A stretch of 64,000 nt of DNA from Candidatus Eiseniibacteriota bacterium (GCA_965224245.1 OZ245046.1:4288001-4352000), one strand, 5' to 3'; positions 9,566 to 20,400 are shown, counted from the first letter of the stretch. A program made the numbers and translations. The notes: generated by a model not told the origin, from the letters alone.

Positions 9566-10741
9566 ATGAAACCCACGTTCAAGCTCCCCATCCCGGGACC
9601 GGCCTCGCGCCGCGGCGGCGCGTCGATCGCGGCGACCCCGGTGATCGCGTCGATCGCGGCGATCGCGGCGACGACACTCGGATGCGGCAACGACTCCGCA
9701 AGCGACGCTCGCGGTCCCGGTCCGGCCGGTCGGGGCAACGGCGCACGCTCGGCACTGCCGACGATGACGGTCGCGGTGGACACCGCCGAGACCGGCGACA
9801 TCGCCGACCACTACACGTCGTCGGCCACGCTCGATGCCGAGAAGCAAGCCGTGGTCGAGGCGCGCGTGTCCGGCGTCATCACGTCCATCGCGCACGAAGA
9901 GGGCGATCGCGTGGAGGCCGGCGCGATGCTGATGCGGATCGACGACACCGAGTACACCCTCCGCGTGCGCGAGGCCGAGGCCGAGGCCGCACGACTCACG
10001 AGCAAGTTCGAGCGCGCCGAGCGCATGTGGAACGAGAGCTTCATCTCACAGGAGGAGTACGAGCAGGCGGTGAACGACCGCGCGGCCGCCGAGGCGACGC
10101 TCGAACTGGCGAAGCTCGAGCAGTCGTACACGTCGGTGCGTGCACCGTTCGCGGGGCGGGTGGTCACCCGGCACGTCGACGTCGGACAGACCGTCAATCC
10201 GGGCGACCCGCTGTTCACGGTGGTCGATCTGAGTCGGCTCCTGGCCCGGGTCGCGGTTCCGGCCAAGGAGTTCCGGTCGATCCGGATCGACCAGCCGGTC
10301 TCGCTCGTCGTGGGCAGCAGCGGCACCGAGCTCCGGGGACGCGTTCACCTGGTGAGCCCGATCATCGATCCGTCCAGCGGGACCATCAAGGTCACCGTGA
10401 GCGTCGCGGACTTTCCTTCCGACACCCGACCCGGCGACTTCGCCGAGGTCAGCATCGTCACCGAGACCCGCGAACGACGCGTGCTCGTGCCGCGGAACGC
10501 GGTCCTGGCCGATCGGGGCGAGGACATCGTCTACGTCGCGACCGCCGACAGCACCGCGGAACGCCGCGTGGTCACGGTCGGCTTTCGCGACGACTCGCGC
10601 GCCGAGATCGTCTCGGGCCTCGAGCACGGTGAGCCCGTGGTCGTTCAGGGTCAGCGGGCGCTCCGTCACGGGCAGCCGCTTCGGATTCTCGCTCCGATGG
10701 AGTTCGAGGACGCTCCGGAAGACTCCGCCCGCGCGTCGTGA
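9566..10741 (+). CDS. RND efflux periplasmic adaptor (membrane fusion protein), probable lipoprotein
   Basis: Start MKPTFK; the upstream part of the listed 1185-aa ORF is shadow of the amidase. Lipobox-like TLGC, ARVSG...EGDRV..G, VRAPFAG..., SPIID..SGT, RPGDF, SGL..GE.VVVQG. Confidence 0.92.
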   Translation: MKPTFKLPIPGPASRRGGASIAATPVIASIAAIAATTLGCGNDSASDARGPGPAGRGNGARSALPTMTVAVDTAETGDIADHYTSSATLDAEKQAVVEARVSGVITSIAHEEGDRVEAGAMLMRIDDTEYTLRVREAEAEAARLTSKFERAERMWNESFISQEEYEQAVNDRAAAEATLELAKLEQSYTSVRAPFAGRVVTRHVDVGQTVNPGDPLFTVVDLSRLLARVAVPAKEFRSIRIDQPVSLVVGSSGTELRGRVHLVSPIIDPSSGTIKVTVSVADFPSDTRPGDFAEVSIVTETRERRVLVPRNAVLADRGEDIVYVATADSTAERRVVTVGFRDDSRAEIVSGLEHGEPVVVQGQRALRHGQPLRILAPMEFEDAPEDSARAS

Positions 10742-10753
10742 TCCTCGCCGGTC

Positions 10754-12241
10754 TCACTCCGGCTCGGCGCTCACGTCCCGGAGCCGCTCCCGCCCGCGAC
10801 CGTCACCGAGGCTCACCAGCACACCGAGCGTGCCCGAGACCACGAACGCCGGCACGAGCTCCTCGAGCGCCGCGAAGAACGGCCCGACGACCGGAGCCGA
10901 CGGCACGAGGAACTTGAACAGCGGCACGCAGAGGAAACCCGCCACCATGGCCACCAGCGCACCCCGTGCGGTGAAGCCCTTCCAGACGAGGCTGAGGATG
11001 ATCGTCGGACAGAACGTGGCCGCGATGCCCGACCATCCGAAGATGACGAACCAAAAGATCGTTCGCTCCGGCGTGACGACGGCGACCGTCATCGCGACCG
11101 CCAGCGCCAGCAGCGCCAGCGAGACCGTGGCTCGCCGCCCGAGGCTGAGCAGCTCCTCGTCGGTCATCGTGGGGTGCTTCACGCGCTGGTAGTAGTCCCG
11201 CACCGCCGCGCTCGACGCCACCACCAGGAGCGAGTCCGCGGTGGACATGATCGCCGACAGGACGATGGCCACGTAGACCCCCACGATGAACGTCGGCATC
11301 ACGTGGCTCGCCAGGTCGGGAAGCGCCCCTTCACCCGCGGAGCCGACGAGATGCCGGGCCAGCATGCCGATGAGCACGGCGCCGGCGTCGGCCAGGATGG
11401 TCCAGGTCAGCGCCACCGCGGCGCCGCGTCCGATCTCACGGTCGGATCGGATGGCGATGAAGCGAACGAAGATCTGAGGCGAGCCCAGGAAGCCGATGCC
11501 GATGCACGCGAGCGCGAGAATCGACGCGACCTCGACCGGCGTCCAGCCGGCCGAGCCTCCGAAGGACAGGAGCACGGGGTCGATCTCGCGAAGCCCATCC
11601 AGGACGGGGCCCAGGCCGCCCGCGACCGCGATGCCCACGATCGGCAGCGTCACGAGCCCCAGGAACATCATGAGGCCCTGGAACACGTCGGACCAGACGA
11701 CCGCGATGAACCCGCCGGTCGTCGTGTAGATCATCACCACCGCGAACCCGACGATCGCGCCCACGAAGTAGTTCCACCCCAGGAACCGCTCGAATGCCTG
11801 GCCGGTGGCGTCGATCTGCGCGCTCACGTAGATCGTCACGAAGGTCGTCAGCGCCAGGGCGGCGACGATGCGCAGATGATGGCGGGTGTCGCGAAAGCGG
11901 GCTTCGAGGTAGTCGGGGACGGTGACCGAGTCGTACCGGTCGGTGAGGTGCTTGAATCGTCTGGCCATCAGGAGCCAGGCCGCCCCCACGCCGAGGATCT
12001 CGCCCAGCACGACCCAGAACGCGCGGACGCCGACCGCCGCCCCCATTCCGGTGAGGCCGAGAAGCAGCCAGGCCGACTCGCCGGTCGCCCGCGCGGAGAA
12101 CGCGATGGCCCAGAAGCGCTGCCGCTTTCCTCCGACCACGTAGTCGCGGAGGTCGTGCGTGCGGCGGGCGGCGAGGACTCCGATCAGGATGAGCGCGGTG
12201 AGGTACAGGAGGACGGCAACCAGCTTCGACGCAGCGTCCAC
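10754..12241 (-). CDS. Sodium:solute symporter, PutP-like sodium/proline symporter
   Basis: About 13 TM segments. DYVVGG, SARATGESAWLLLGLTG, GGFIAVVWSD, GSPQIFVRF, SAIMSTADS. GTG start after SD GAGGAG. Confidence 0.9.
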   Translation of the reverse strand: MDAASKLVAVLLYLTALILIGVLAARRTHDLRDYVVGGKRQRFWAIAFSARATGESAWLLLGLTGMGAAVGVRAFWVVLGEILGVGAAWLLMARRFKHLTDRYDSVTVPDYLEARFRDTRHHLRIVAALALTTFVTIYVSAQIDATGQAFERFLGWNYFVGAIVGFAVVMIYTTTGGFIAVVWSDVFQGLMMFLGLVTLPIVGIAVAGGLGPVLDGLREIDPVLLSFGGSAGWTPVEVASILALACIGIGFLGSPQIFVRFIAIRSDREIGRGAAVALTWTILADAGAVLIGMLARHLVGSAGEGALPDLASHVMPTFIVGVYVAIVLSAIMSTADSLLVVASSAAVRDYYQRVKHPTMTDEELLSLGRRATVSLALLALAVAMTVAVVTPERTIFWFVIFGWSGIAATFCPTIILSLVWKGFTARGALVAMVAGFLCVPLFKFLVPSAPVVGPFFAALEELVPAFVVSGTLGVLVSLGDGRGRERLRDVSAEPE

Positions 12242-12515
12242 AGGCAACTCCTCGTGGCCGGATCCGCCGCACCTATAAGCCAGTTCCTACACGATCGCAA
12301 GTGCCGGCCAGCCCGGCCACCCGCGGACGGCCTCCGTCCAGGTTTTCGGCCGGGCGTTCGATGAGGGGACGTGGCCGGTGACGGCTCCGGGCCCGGACGC
12401 GCGGGCGGGGGGATTGGCAGCTTCTGCCGATCCATGAGACAGTTACCCGCTTCGAACGAGCCTGCATCCCGAGATGAGTCGAGTCTCCGCGCCCCGTGGC
12501 GCGAGGAGGTCTTTC

Positions 12516-13922
12516 GTGGATCGTCTTTACGAGCCCCTGCAGTCCACCATCGACGGAAACGTCTACACCCCCGACCAGTTTGTCAACGAGCACCACACGA
12601 ACTACGGCCGCATCCACTACTGGACCCCTCGCTTCGTCGTCGAGCCGTCGTCGACGAAGGACGTGGCTGAAGTCATCCGCTTCGCCAAGGCCAACCGGCT
12701 CCACGTGTCGACCCGCGGTTCGGCGCACTCGCAGAGCGAGCTGGCGATCTCGGACGGCGGAATCCTCCTGACGATGAAGTCGATGCGCAAGATCATCTCG
12801 GTGGATCAGGCGAACGAGACGTGCGACGTGGAGGCCGGCGTCGTCTGGCGGGATCTCGTTCATCATCTGAAGCGGTGGAACCTCGCGCCTCGCGTGCTCA
12901 CGAACAACCTCGGAGTCACCGTCGGCGGCACCCTGTCGGTGGCCGGCATCGGCGTGGCGTCGTTCCGGTACGGCTCTCAGGGGGACAACGTCCAGGAGAT
13001 CGAGGTGGTCACGGGCACCGGAGAGATCGTGGTCTGCGCCCCCGACGGGCCGCGCGCGGATCTCTTCTGGTCGGCGATCGCCGGGCTGGGTCAGTCCTGC
13101 ATCATCACCCGGGCCCGGCTCACGCTGCGCCGAACGCCAGCGATGACACGCACTTACTACCTTCTGTACGACGACCTGGGCGTCTTCATGGAGGATGCCC
13201 GGACCGCGATGGATTCGGGCAAGTGGGACTACATCGAGAGCTGGGCGTCCCCGTGTCCCCAGGGCACCAAGCCCATCGGCGGCGAACGGCGCGTGTTCGC
13301 CAAGTGGTTCTACCCTTGCCATCTGACCGTCGAGTTCGATCCGACGTCGCCACCGGACGACGAGGCCATGCTGGAAGGGCTCCACCCGTACGACAACCTC
13401 TACACCGACGATCTCCCGACGATCGACTTCCACGAGCGCCTGGTGCCGGTCTTCGAGATCTGGAAGCGAGCGGGCACCTGGGAGTGGATGCATCCCTGGA
13501 TGGAGGTCGTGCTTCCCTATGACACGGCGCAGGACTACATCGAGCAGGTTCTGCCCGACCTGCCGCCGGGGCTCCTCGTCGGCGGCCACATCCTGTTGTG
13601 GCCGGCGAAGAACCCGGTCTCGCGCTCGCGCCTGTTCATGCGGCCGGACACCGAGAACCTGATCGGCTTCGGCATCCTGCCCGCGGTGCCCGAGAAGTTC
13701 TGGCCGCTGATCAAGCCCCAGCTCGAGAACGCGAGCCTCCTGAGCCAGATGATGGGCGGCAAGCGGTACCTGTCGGGCTGGATCGACTTCACGCCCGCCC
13801 AGTGGCGCGAGCACTTCGGTCCGCGCTGGGAGGAGCTGGTGCGTGCGAAGGAGACCTACGATCCGGACGGCATCCTGAATCCGGGATTCGTCAAGTTCGA
13901 AGACCCGGTCGAGGCCGGATAG
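12516..13922 (+). CDS. FAD-linked oxidoreductase (VAO/PCMH family), cytokinin-dehydrogenase-like
   Basis: GTG start after SD GAGGAGG. RGSAHS, TVGGTLSVAGIG, EVVTGTGE, AGLGQSCIITRA, W..HPW, HFGPRW...K..YDP.GILNPG. Confidence 0.88.
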   Translation: MDRLYEPLQSTIDGNVYTPDQFVNEHHTNYGRIHYWTPRFVVEPSSTKDVAEVIRFAKANRLHVSTRGSAHSQSELAISDGGILLTMKSMRKIISVDQANETCDVEAGVVWRDLVHHLKRWNLAPRVLTNNLGVTVGGTLSVAGIGVASFRYGSQGDNVQEIEVVTGTGEIVVCAPDGPRADLFWSAIAGLGQSCIITRARLTLRRTPAMTRTYYLLYDDLGVFMEDARTAMDSGKWDYIESWASPCPQGTKPIGGERRVFAKWFYPCHLTVEFDPTSPPDDEAMLEGLHPYDNLYTDDLPTIDFHERLVPVFEIWKRAGTWEWMHPWMEVVLPYDTAQDYIEQVLPDLPPGLLVGGHILLWPAKNPVSRSRLFMRPDTENLIGFGILPAVPEKFWPLIKPQLENASLLSQMMGGKRYLSGWIDFTPAQWREHFGPRWEELVRAKETYDPDGILNPGFVKFEDPVEAG

Positions 13923-13932
13923 GAGGCTCGAC

Positions 13933-14361
13933 ATGCCGATCCCGTTCGGAACCGACGAGTGGGCCCGCGCCCTGGTCACCGAGGTCAACGACTCCAGCGA
14001 GTACCGGAACGCGGCGGCGAAGTGGGGACGCGACTTCAACGGCAACCTCGTGTTCGCCTTCGAGGCCGACGAGGTGCTCGAGGAGCCGCGATATCTTCTC
14101 ATTCGGCTCGCCGGCGGACGGTCCGAGGGCGCCGAGTTCATCTCCGATCCCGATCACCCGGACGCGGGATTCACGCTGAGCGGACCGTTTCAGCTCTGGA
14201 AAGACATCCTCGAACGCAAGACAATGGCGGCCACGGCAATCCTGACCGGGAAGCTGCGGGTCGATGGTCCCAAGATGACGCTTCTCAAGCACACGGGCGC
14301 CAACCGCGCGCTCATCCACTGCACGGCGTCGATCGACACGCTCTTCCCGGGTGACGACTGA
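13933..14361 (+). CDS. SCP2 sterol/lipid-carrier domain protein
   Basis: SD AGGAGG. FGTDEW...VN.S.EY..AA..W, FTLSG...W..IL...A...GKLRVDG. Confidence 0.8.
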   Translation: MPIPFGTDEWARALVTEVNDSSEYRNAAAKWGRDFNGNLVFAFEADEVLEEPRYLLIRLAGGRSEGAEFISDPDHPDAGFTLSGPFQLWKDILERKTMAATAILTGKLRVDGPKMTLLKHTGANRALIHCTASIDTLFPGDD

Positions 14362-14417
14362 CGCCGGCGCCGCGGCGTAGAACCTGCGGTGCCGGCCCTC
14401 GACCCTGGAGGTTGTGC

Positions 14418-15932
14418 ATGGTCGCGCCGCGGCATCTGAACGTCTCGGACGGAGACGTCATCCTTCTCGTCGGAACCATGAAGGGGCTGTTTCTCCTTCG
14501 CTCCAACGGCAACCGCGCCGACTGGGACGTGGGGGGCCCGTACTTTCCCGGACGATCGGTCTACGCGGCGGCGTATGACGGCCGCGCGGGACGCCGGCGT
14601 ATCTGGGCGGGGGGTCTGTCCGAACACTGGGGACCCGGGATCAGCTCCAGCGACGACTTCGGCGCCTCGTGGCAGTCGCCCGAGTCCGCCACGCTCCGCT
14701 TTCCCGACGATGCGGGTGACGAGCTGAAGCAGGTCTGGCAGATCCGTCCCGGTCGCGAGAGCGAGCCCGACACGATGTACGTGGGGGTCGACCCCGCGGC
14801 GCTGTTCGTCTCGACCGACGACGGCACCACGTGGGAGCTGTCGCGCGGGCTCTGGGACCACCCGCACCGCGAGCACTGGAACCCCGGCTACGGTGGGTTG
14901 TGCCTGCACACGATCCTCCCCGACCCCAGGAACCCCGACCGGATCACGGTCGCCGTCTCGGCCGCCGGCGTGTACCAGACCGACGACGGCGGCAGCACCT
15001 GGCACGCGTCGAATCGCGGCATCCGCGCCGAGTTCCTGCCCGACAAGTACCCGGAGTTCGGTCAGTGCGTGCACAAGATCGCGCACCATCCGTCCCGGCC
15101 GCACGTGATGATGCTGCAGAACCACTGGGGACTCTACCGGAGCGACGACGGCGGCGAGCTGTGGCACGACGTCGCCAACGGCGTCCCGTCCGACTTCGGG
15201 TTCGCGATGGCTCAGCATCCGCACGAGCCGGACACGGTGTTCATCGTGCCCATCGAGTCGGACGGATTCCGGTGCACGCCCGAAGGGAAGCTGCGCGTCT
15301 ATCGCACACGGAACGGCGGGGAGAGCTGGGAGCCGCTGACGAACGGCCTGCCGCAGCAGAACGCGCTGGAGACCATCCTTCGGGACGGCATGGATACCGA
15401 CGAGATCGATCCGGCCGGCGTCTACTTCGGAACGCGCAGCGGAAAGGTGTACGCCTCCGCGAACGGCGGTGAGGGATGGACGGTGGCGATCGAGGGCCTT
15501 CCTCCGGTCGTCTGCGTGAAGGCGGCCGTCGTCGGCAGCCTGGACGCGGTCGTGTTCCCGCGCCCGGCACCCAGGCCCGCCGCGAAGACGGCTCCAGCGA
15601 AGAGGAAGGCGGCCAAGAAGAAAGCCGCCAAGAAGAAGAAGACTAAGAAGGCCGCCAAGAAGAAGGCCACCAAGAGAACGGCGACGAAGAAGAAAGTCGC
15701 GAAGAAGAAGACCGCCAAGAAGAAGGCGACGAAGAAGAAGGTCGCGAGGAAGAAGGTCACCAAGAGGAAGGCGACGAAGAAGAAAGTCGCGAAGAGGAAA
15801 GCCGCCAAGAAGAAGGCCACGAAGAGGAAGACCGCCAAGAGGAAGGTCGCCAAGAAGAAGGCCACGAGGAAGAAGGCGACCCGGAAGAAGGCGACGAAGC
15901 GCGGTGGGAAGAAGAAGCGCTCGCGGCGTTAG
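14418..15932 (+). CDS. BNR/Asp-box beta-propeller (sialidase/glycosyl-hydrolase-like) with C-terminal histone-H1-like Lys-rich tail
   Basis: SD GGAGG. LLVGTMKGLF. Repeated Asp-boxes: SDDFGASW, STDDGTTW, TDDGGSTW, SDDGGELW, TRNGGESW, SANGGEGW. About 110-aa K/R/A/T tail. Confidence 0.88.
   Translation: MVAPRHLNVSDGDVILLVGTMKGLFLLRSNGNRADWDVGGPYFPGRSVYAAAYDGRAGRRRIWAGGLSEHWGPGISSSDDFGASWQSPESATLRFPDDAGDELKQVWQIRPGRESEPDTMYVGVDPAALFVSTDDGTTWELSRGLWDHPHREHWNPGYGGLCLHTILPDPRNPDRITVAVSAAGVYQTDDGGSTWHASNRGIRAEFLPDKYPEFGQCVHKIAHHPSRPHVMMLQNHWGLYRSDDGGELWHDVANGVPSDFGFAMAQHPHEPDTVFIVPIESDGFRCTPEGKLRVYRTRNGGESWEPLTNGLPQQNALETILRDGMDTDEIDPAGVYFGTRSGKVYASANGGEGWTVAIEGLPPVVCVKAAVVGSLDAVVFPRPAPRPAAKTAPAKRKAAKKKAAKKKKTKKAAKKKATKRTATKKKVAKKKTAKKKATKKKVARKKVTKRKATKKKVAKRKAAKKKATKRKTAKRKVAKKKATRKKATRKKATKRGGKKKRSRR
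15598..15902 (+). repeat. Degenerate 15-bp tandem repeat encoding KKKAT/KKKVA/KRKAT pentapeptides
   Basis: Consecutive AAGAAGAAGGCCACC-like units within the 3' end of the propeller gene. Confidence 0.9.
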
Positions 15933-15971
15933 CCCCGTGCGATCCGCCCGCGGGCCGCTCGAGGAGGTCAG

Positions 15972-16253
15972 ATGACGATCACCGTGCACATCCCGGGCGC
16001 GCTACGCGAGTTCACCGGCGGTCGGGCGTCGGTCTCGCTCGAGACCGACGCCACCACCGTGGGGGCGGCGCTGACCGACCTCTGGGTGACCTACCCCGGG
16101 CTTCGGGATCGCGTCACCACCGAGCAGGGCCGGGTCCGGCCCCACGTGAACGTGTTCGTCGGAACCGAGAGCATCCGGTACACCGGAGGGCTCGACTCAC
16201 CGGTCTCGGACCGGGACGAGATCTCGATCATCCCGGCCGTCAGCGGCGGATAG
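15972..16253 (+). CDS. MoaD/ThiS family ubiquitin-like protein
   Basis: 93 aa, beta-grasp pattern (V.IPGALREFTGG...HVNVFV...DEISIIPAVSGG), C-terminal GG, SD GAGGAGG. Confidence 0.92.
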   Translation: MTITVHIPGALREFTGGRASVSLETDATTVGAALTDLWVTYPGLRDRVTTEQGRVRPHVNVFVGTESIRYTGGLDSPVSDRDEISIIPAVSGG

Positions 16254-16260
16254 CTCGAGT

Positions 16261-16289
16261 GGCGTGCCGTCGCCCCGCGGCGGCACGCC
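16261..16289. terminator. GC-rich hairpin between convergent genes (possible bidirectional terminator)
   Basis: GGCGTGCCGTCGC-ccc-GCGGCGGCACGCC: 13-bp stem with one G-U pair, no U tract. Confidence 0.45.
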
Positions 16290-16334
16290 CCCCTCCCGGG
16301 GCGCCGCGTGTCGCTCCCGCCCCCTCGAGCGACG

Positions 16335-17282
16335 CTACTGCGGAAAGAGCGAGCTGATGCTCTCCCGATCGTGGACCCGGCGGATCGCCTCGCCGAAGAG
16401 TGGCGCCACGCTCACGACCTCGATCTTGGGCGAGAACGCGACCGGCTGCGTCTCGATGGTGTCGGTCACGAACAGCCGACGAATGGGGCTCTGGTCCAGC
16501 CGTTCCATCGAGCCCTCGGTGAAGACCCCGTGGGTGACCATCGCGTAGACGCGCTGCGCGCCGTTCTCGACCAGTCGTTTCGCGCACTCGGTGAGCGTTC
16601 CCGCGGTGGTCGTGAAGTCGTCGATGATCACCGCCGTCTTCCCCGACACGTCGCCGATGATCTCGAGCACCGTGGCCAGCTCCTGGTCGACCCGCCGCTC
16701 CTTGTTCGCGATCGCCAGCGACGTCCCCAGAAACGAGGCGTACTTCCGTGCCTGCTTCGCGAAGCCCGCGTCGGGCGATACCACGACCATGTCCGGAAGC
16801 CGGCGCTTCTGGAGCGCCTCGCACAAGGGCTGGAGGGCGTAGAGAACGTCCACCGGGCGGCGGAAGAACCCCGCGAGCTGCGGCGCATGCAGGTCCATCG
16901 TGATGACACGATCGGCGCCGGCGACCTCGATTGCATCCGCACAGACGCGGGCCCGGATCGAGACGCGCGGCTCGTCCTTCTTGTCGCCCTTGGCGTAGCT
17001 GAAGTACGGCATCACGACGGTGACCGCCTCGGCGCTGGCGCGCTTCAGCGCGTCGATCCAGAAGAGCAGCTCCATGAAGTTGTCGTTCGTCGGGAACACC
17101 GTGCTCTGGATCACGTAGGTGCGCCGCCCGCGGACGTTCTCCTCGACCTTGACGAAGAGGTTGCCGTCGCCGTACCGGCGCACGGTGCCGCGCCCCGGGC
17201 TCACGCGCAGGTAGTCACAGATCGCCGCGGTGAGCCGGCGACTTCCCGATCCCCCGAACACGACCTTGTCCTCGACCGACAT
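16335..17282 (-). CDS. prs: Ribose-phosphate pyrophosphokinase
   Basis: ENVRG, NDNFMEL, DALKRASA, MPYFSYA..DKK, MDLHAPQ..GFF, VVSPDAG, IIDD...TAGTL, THGVF. Confidence 0.95.
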   Translation of the reverse strand: MSVEDKVVFGGSGSRRLTAAICDYLRVSPGRGTVRRYGDGNLFVKVEENVRGRRTYVIQSTVFPTNDNFMELLFWIDALKRASAEAVTVVMPYFSYAKGDKKDEPRVSIRARVCADAIEVAGADRVITMDLHAPQLAGFFRRPVDVLYALQPLCEALQKRRLPDMVVVSPDAGFAKQARKYASFLGTSLAIANKERRVDQELATVLEIIGDVSGKTAVIIDDFTTTAGTLTECAKRLVENGAQRVYAMVTHGVFTEGSMERLDQSPIRRLFVTDTIETQPVAFSPKIEVVSVAPLFGEAIRRVHDRESISSLFPQ

Positions 17283-17448
17283 GCGATACTCCCGATGACC
17301 GCCCGCAGACACTGTATCCAAGCGGGTCCCGGTGGCGAACCGGAATCTGACGGTTCTCGACCCGGCCCACACGCGTTACCATCCGACGCGCTCCACGACG
17401 TGCCCGCGAGCCGTCACACACCTCCGGCAGCGAGGACCGACCCCGACG

Positions 17449-20400
17449 ATGCGATCCCTGGTGGCCCTGGCCGTTCGCCGGCGCGTGACGATCAACATGA
17501 TCGTGCTGATGTTCGTCGTGTTCGGCGCCGTCGGATACTCGCGGCTGAACCTCGATCTCCTGCCCGACATCGACTACCCCTCGCTGACGGTGCGGACCGA
17601 GTTCCCCAACACGGCACCCCCGGAGATCGAGACCCTGGTGACCCGGCCGGTGGAGGAGGCGGTCGGGGTCCTGCGCGGTCTCGAGCGCATGCACTCGGTC
17701 TCCCGGAGCGGGCTCTCGGAGGTCACGCTGGCGTTCCGCTGGGACACCGACCTCGACGCGGTCTCGCTCGACGTCCGCGAGAAGCTGGACCGGCTGACGC
17801 TGCCCGACGAGGCCGAGCCTCCCATCGTGCTCCGGTTCGATCCCTCGCTGGATCCCATTCTGCGGCTGGCCGTGATGCCCCCCGGCGGAATCGAGGACGC
17901 ACGGCGGCTGGTCGAGAAGCGCACGAAGACCTCCCTGGAGACGATCCAGGGCGTCGCCGCCGCCGACGTGATGGGCGGCCTCGAGGAGGAGATCCAGATC
18001 GATCTGGATCAGGAGCGCATGACGGCGCTCGGGCTCACGCTCGAGGAGGTGCGGAGCCTCGTCTCCACCTCCAACGTGAACCTCCCCGGCGGGGCGCTGG
18101 AGGACGTCGACAACCGCTACCTGATCCGCACGATCAACGAGTTCGACAGCGTGGAGGAGATCTCGCAGCTCGTCGTCCGGCGGCGGGGCGACAGCATCGT
18201 CCGGCTGGGTGACGTGGCCGACGTCCGGCTCGGCAGCCCCGATCGCGAGGAGATCACGCGGGTCGACGGCCGGGAGTGCGTGGAGATCGCCGTGTTCAAG
18301 GAGGGTGACGACAACACGGTGCAGGTCGCCAAACGCGTACGCGGCGCCCTCGAGGAGCTCGAGCGCGAGCTTCCCGAGGGGTACCGGATGCAGGTGCTGT
18401 TCGATCAGTCCCGCTTCATCGAGCAGGCGGTCGGTGAGGTACGGAGCGCCCTCGTCGTCGGCGGCATGCTGGCCGTTCTGGTGCTTCTCGCGTTCCTGCG
18501 CGATGCACGGAGCACGCTCATCATCGCCACGTCGATCCCGGTATCGGTCATCACCGCGTTCGTGTTCATGTACCGGTTCGACGTCTCGCTGAACATCATG
18601 TCGCTGGGCGGACTCACGCTCGGGATCGGGATGCTCGTGGACAACGCGATCGTCGTCCTGGAGTCGATCTTCCGGCACCGGCGCACGGCGCCGACACCCG
18701 CGCGGGCCGCGATCGACGGCACCAGCGAGGTGGCCGGCGCGGTGGTCGCGGCCACGCTCACGACGGTGGCCGTGTTCCTGCCGATCGTGTTCGTCGAGGG
18801 CATCGCGGGCCAGCTCTTCGGGGACATGGCGCTGACGGTGACCCTGAGCCTCCTCGCGTCGCTGGCCATCGCGTTGACGTTGATCCCGATGCTGAGCTCG
18901 CTGGGTGGGCGGCCGGCGGACCGCGCGGACGCCGCCCCGCGCGACCCGGCCACGCCGCCGGGTCGCGACGCCGGCGCCGTGGCGTCGCTGGGTGCGTTCT
19001 CCCGCGGGTACGACCGGGTGCTTCGCGGAGCGCTCCGGCATCGCTGGGCGACGCTCGGCGTGGCCGTGGTGCTTCTCGGCTTGGCGATGTTCGGCCTGTC
19101 CCGGGTGGACACCGAGCTCGTTCCCGCGATCTCCGAGGGCGAGATCGCGTTCGAGGTCACGCTCCCCGAGGGCACCGCGCTGGCCAAGACGGACCGGACG
19201 ATCCAGCACGCCGAGGCCGCTCTGGCCGGTGATCCCCGCGTGGATCGCTACTACGTGCGCGTGGGGAGCCGCCTCGTCACCGGCGGCATGGCGCTGAACC
19301 CGAAGGCCGAGCACCTCGGACAGCTCAACGTCGTCCTCGCCGACCGGCGCGACGAGACCGCCCAGGCCGCGATCGCCGACGTCGTCCGATCGCGCTTCGC
19401 GGCCATCCCGGACGCCCAGGCGCGAGAAGGTCGACCCAGCTACTTCACGCTGGAGACACCGATCGAGGTCGTGCTGTTCGGAGACGACCTGGACGCGCTC
19501 CGGGCGGCCGGCGACGCGATCGCCGCCGACATGCGCGCCGCCGGCATCTTCGTCGACGTCCGCTCGTCGATGGAGGAGGGGTTCCCCGAGCTCCAGATCG
19601 TGTTCGATCGGGATCGGCTGGCCGCCCTCGGGCTCACCACGCGCGAGCTCTCCGAGACGCTGCGCGATCGCGTGGAGGGCGACGTGGCCACGCGCTTCCG
19701 CGAGGCCGATCGCCAGATCGACGTTCGCATCCGGAACCGTCTCCAGGATCGCGACACGCGGAACGACGTGGCCAATCTCGTGGTGCCGGGCCCGGACGGC
19801 GCCGCGGTGCGGCTGGTCACGATCGCCGACATCGTCGAGTCGCGCGGGCCGGCCGAGATCCATCGCATCTCGCAGCAGCGAGCGGCCGTCATCACGTCGA
19901 ACCTGGACGGCGTGGGGCTCGGCGAGGCGGTGACCCGGCTCGAGTCGATCCTGGCCGGTGCGGCGCTTCCCGTGGACGTCACCTCCGAGATCGCCGGACA
20001 GAACCGTGAGATGAAGGTTTCCTTCGCGAGCCTCCGCTTCGCCATCGGGCTGGCGATCTTCCTCGTCTACCTCGTGATGGCGGCCACGTTCGAGTCCCTC
20101 GTGCACCCGTTCGTCGTGCTGTTCACGGTCCCCTTCGCGCTGATCGGTGTCGCGGTCGGGCTCGTGGTCACGCAGACCCCGATCAGCGTCATCGTGCTGA
20201 TCGGTGCGATCATGCTGGTCGGCATCGTGGTCAACAACGCGATCGTGCTGATCGATCGCGTCAATCAGCTGAGACGAGCCGGCGTGGATAAGACCGACGC
20301 GATCGTGAGGGGCGCCCACGTACGACTGCGACCGATCCTGATGACCACGGCGACCACCGTGCTCGGGCTGGTGCCGATGGCGCTGACGTTCGGGCAAGGG

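Noticed and set aside
15422-15865. 147-aa very hydrophobic minus-strand ORF (FFLAAFF...)
   Set aside because: Antisense shadow of the Lys-rich AAG repeats of the H1-like tail.
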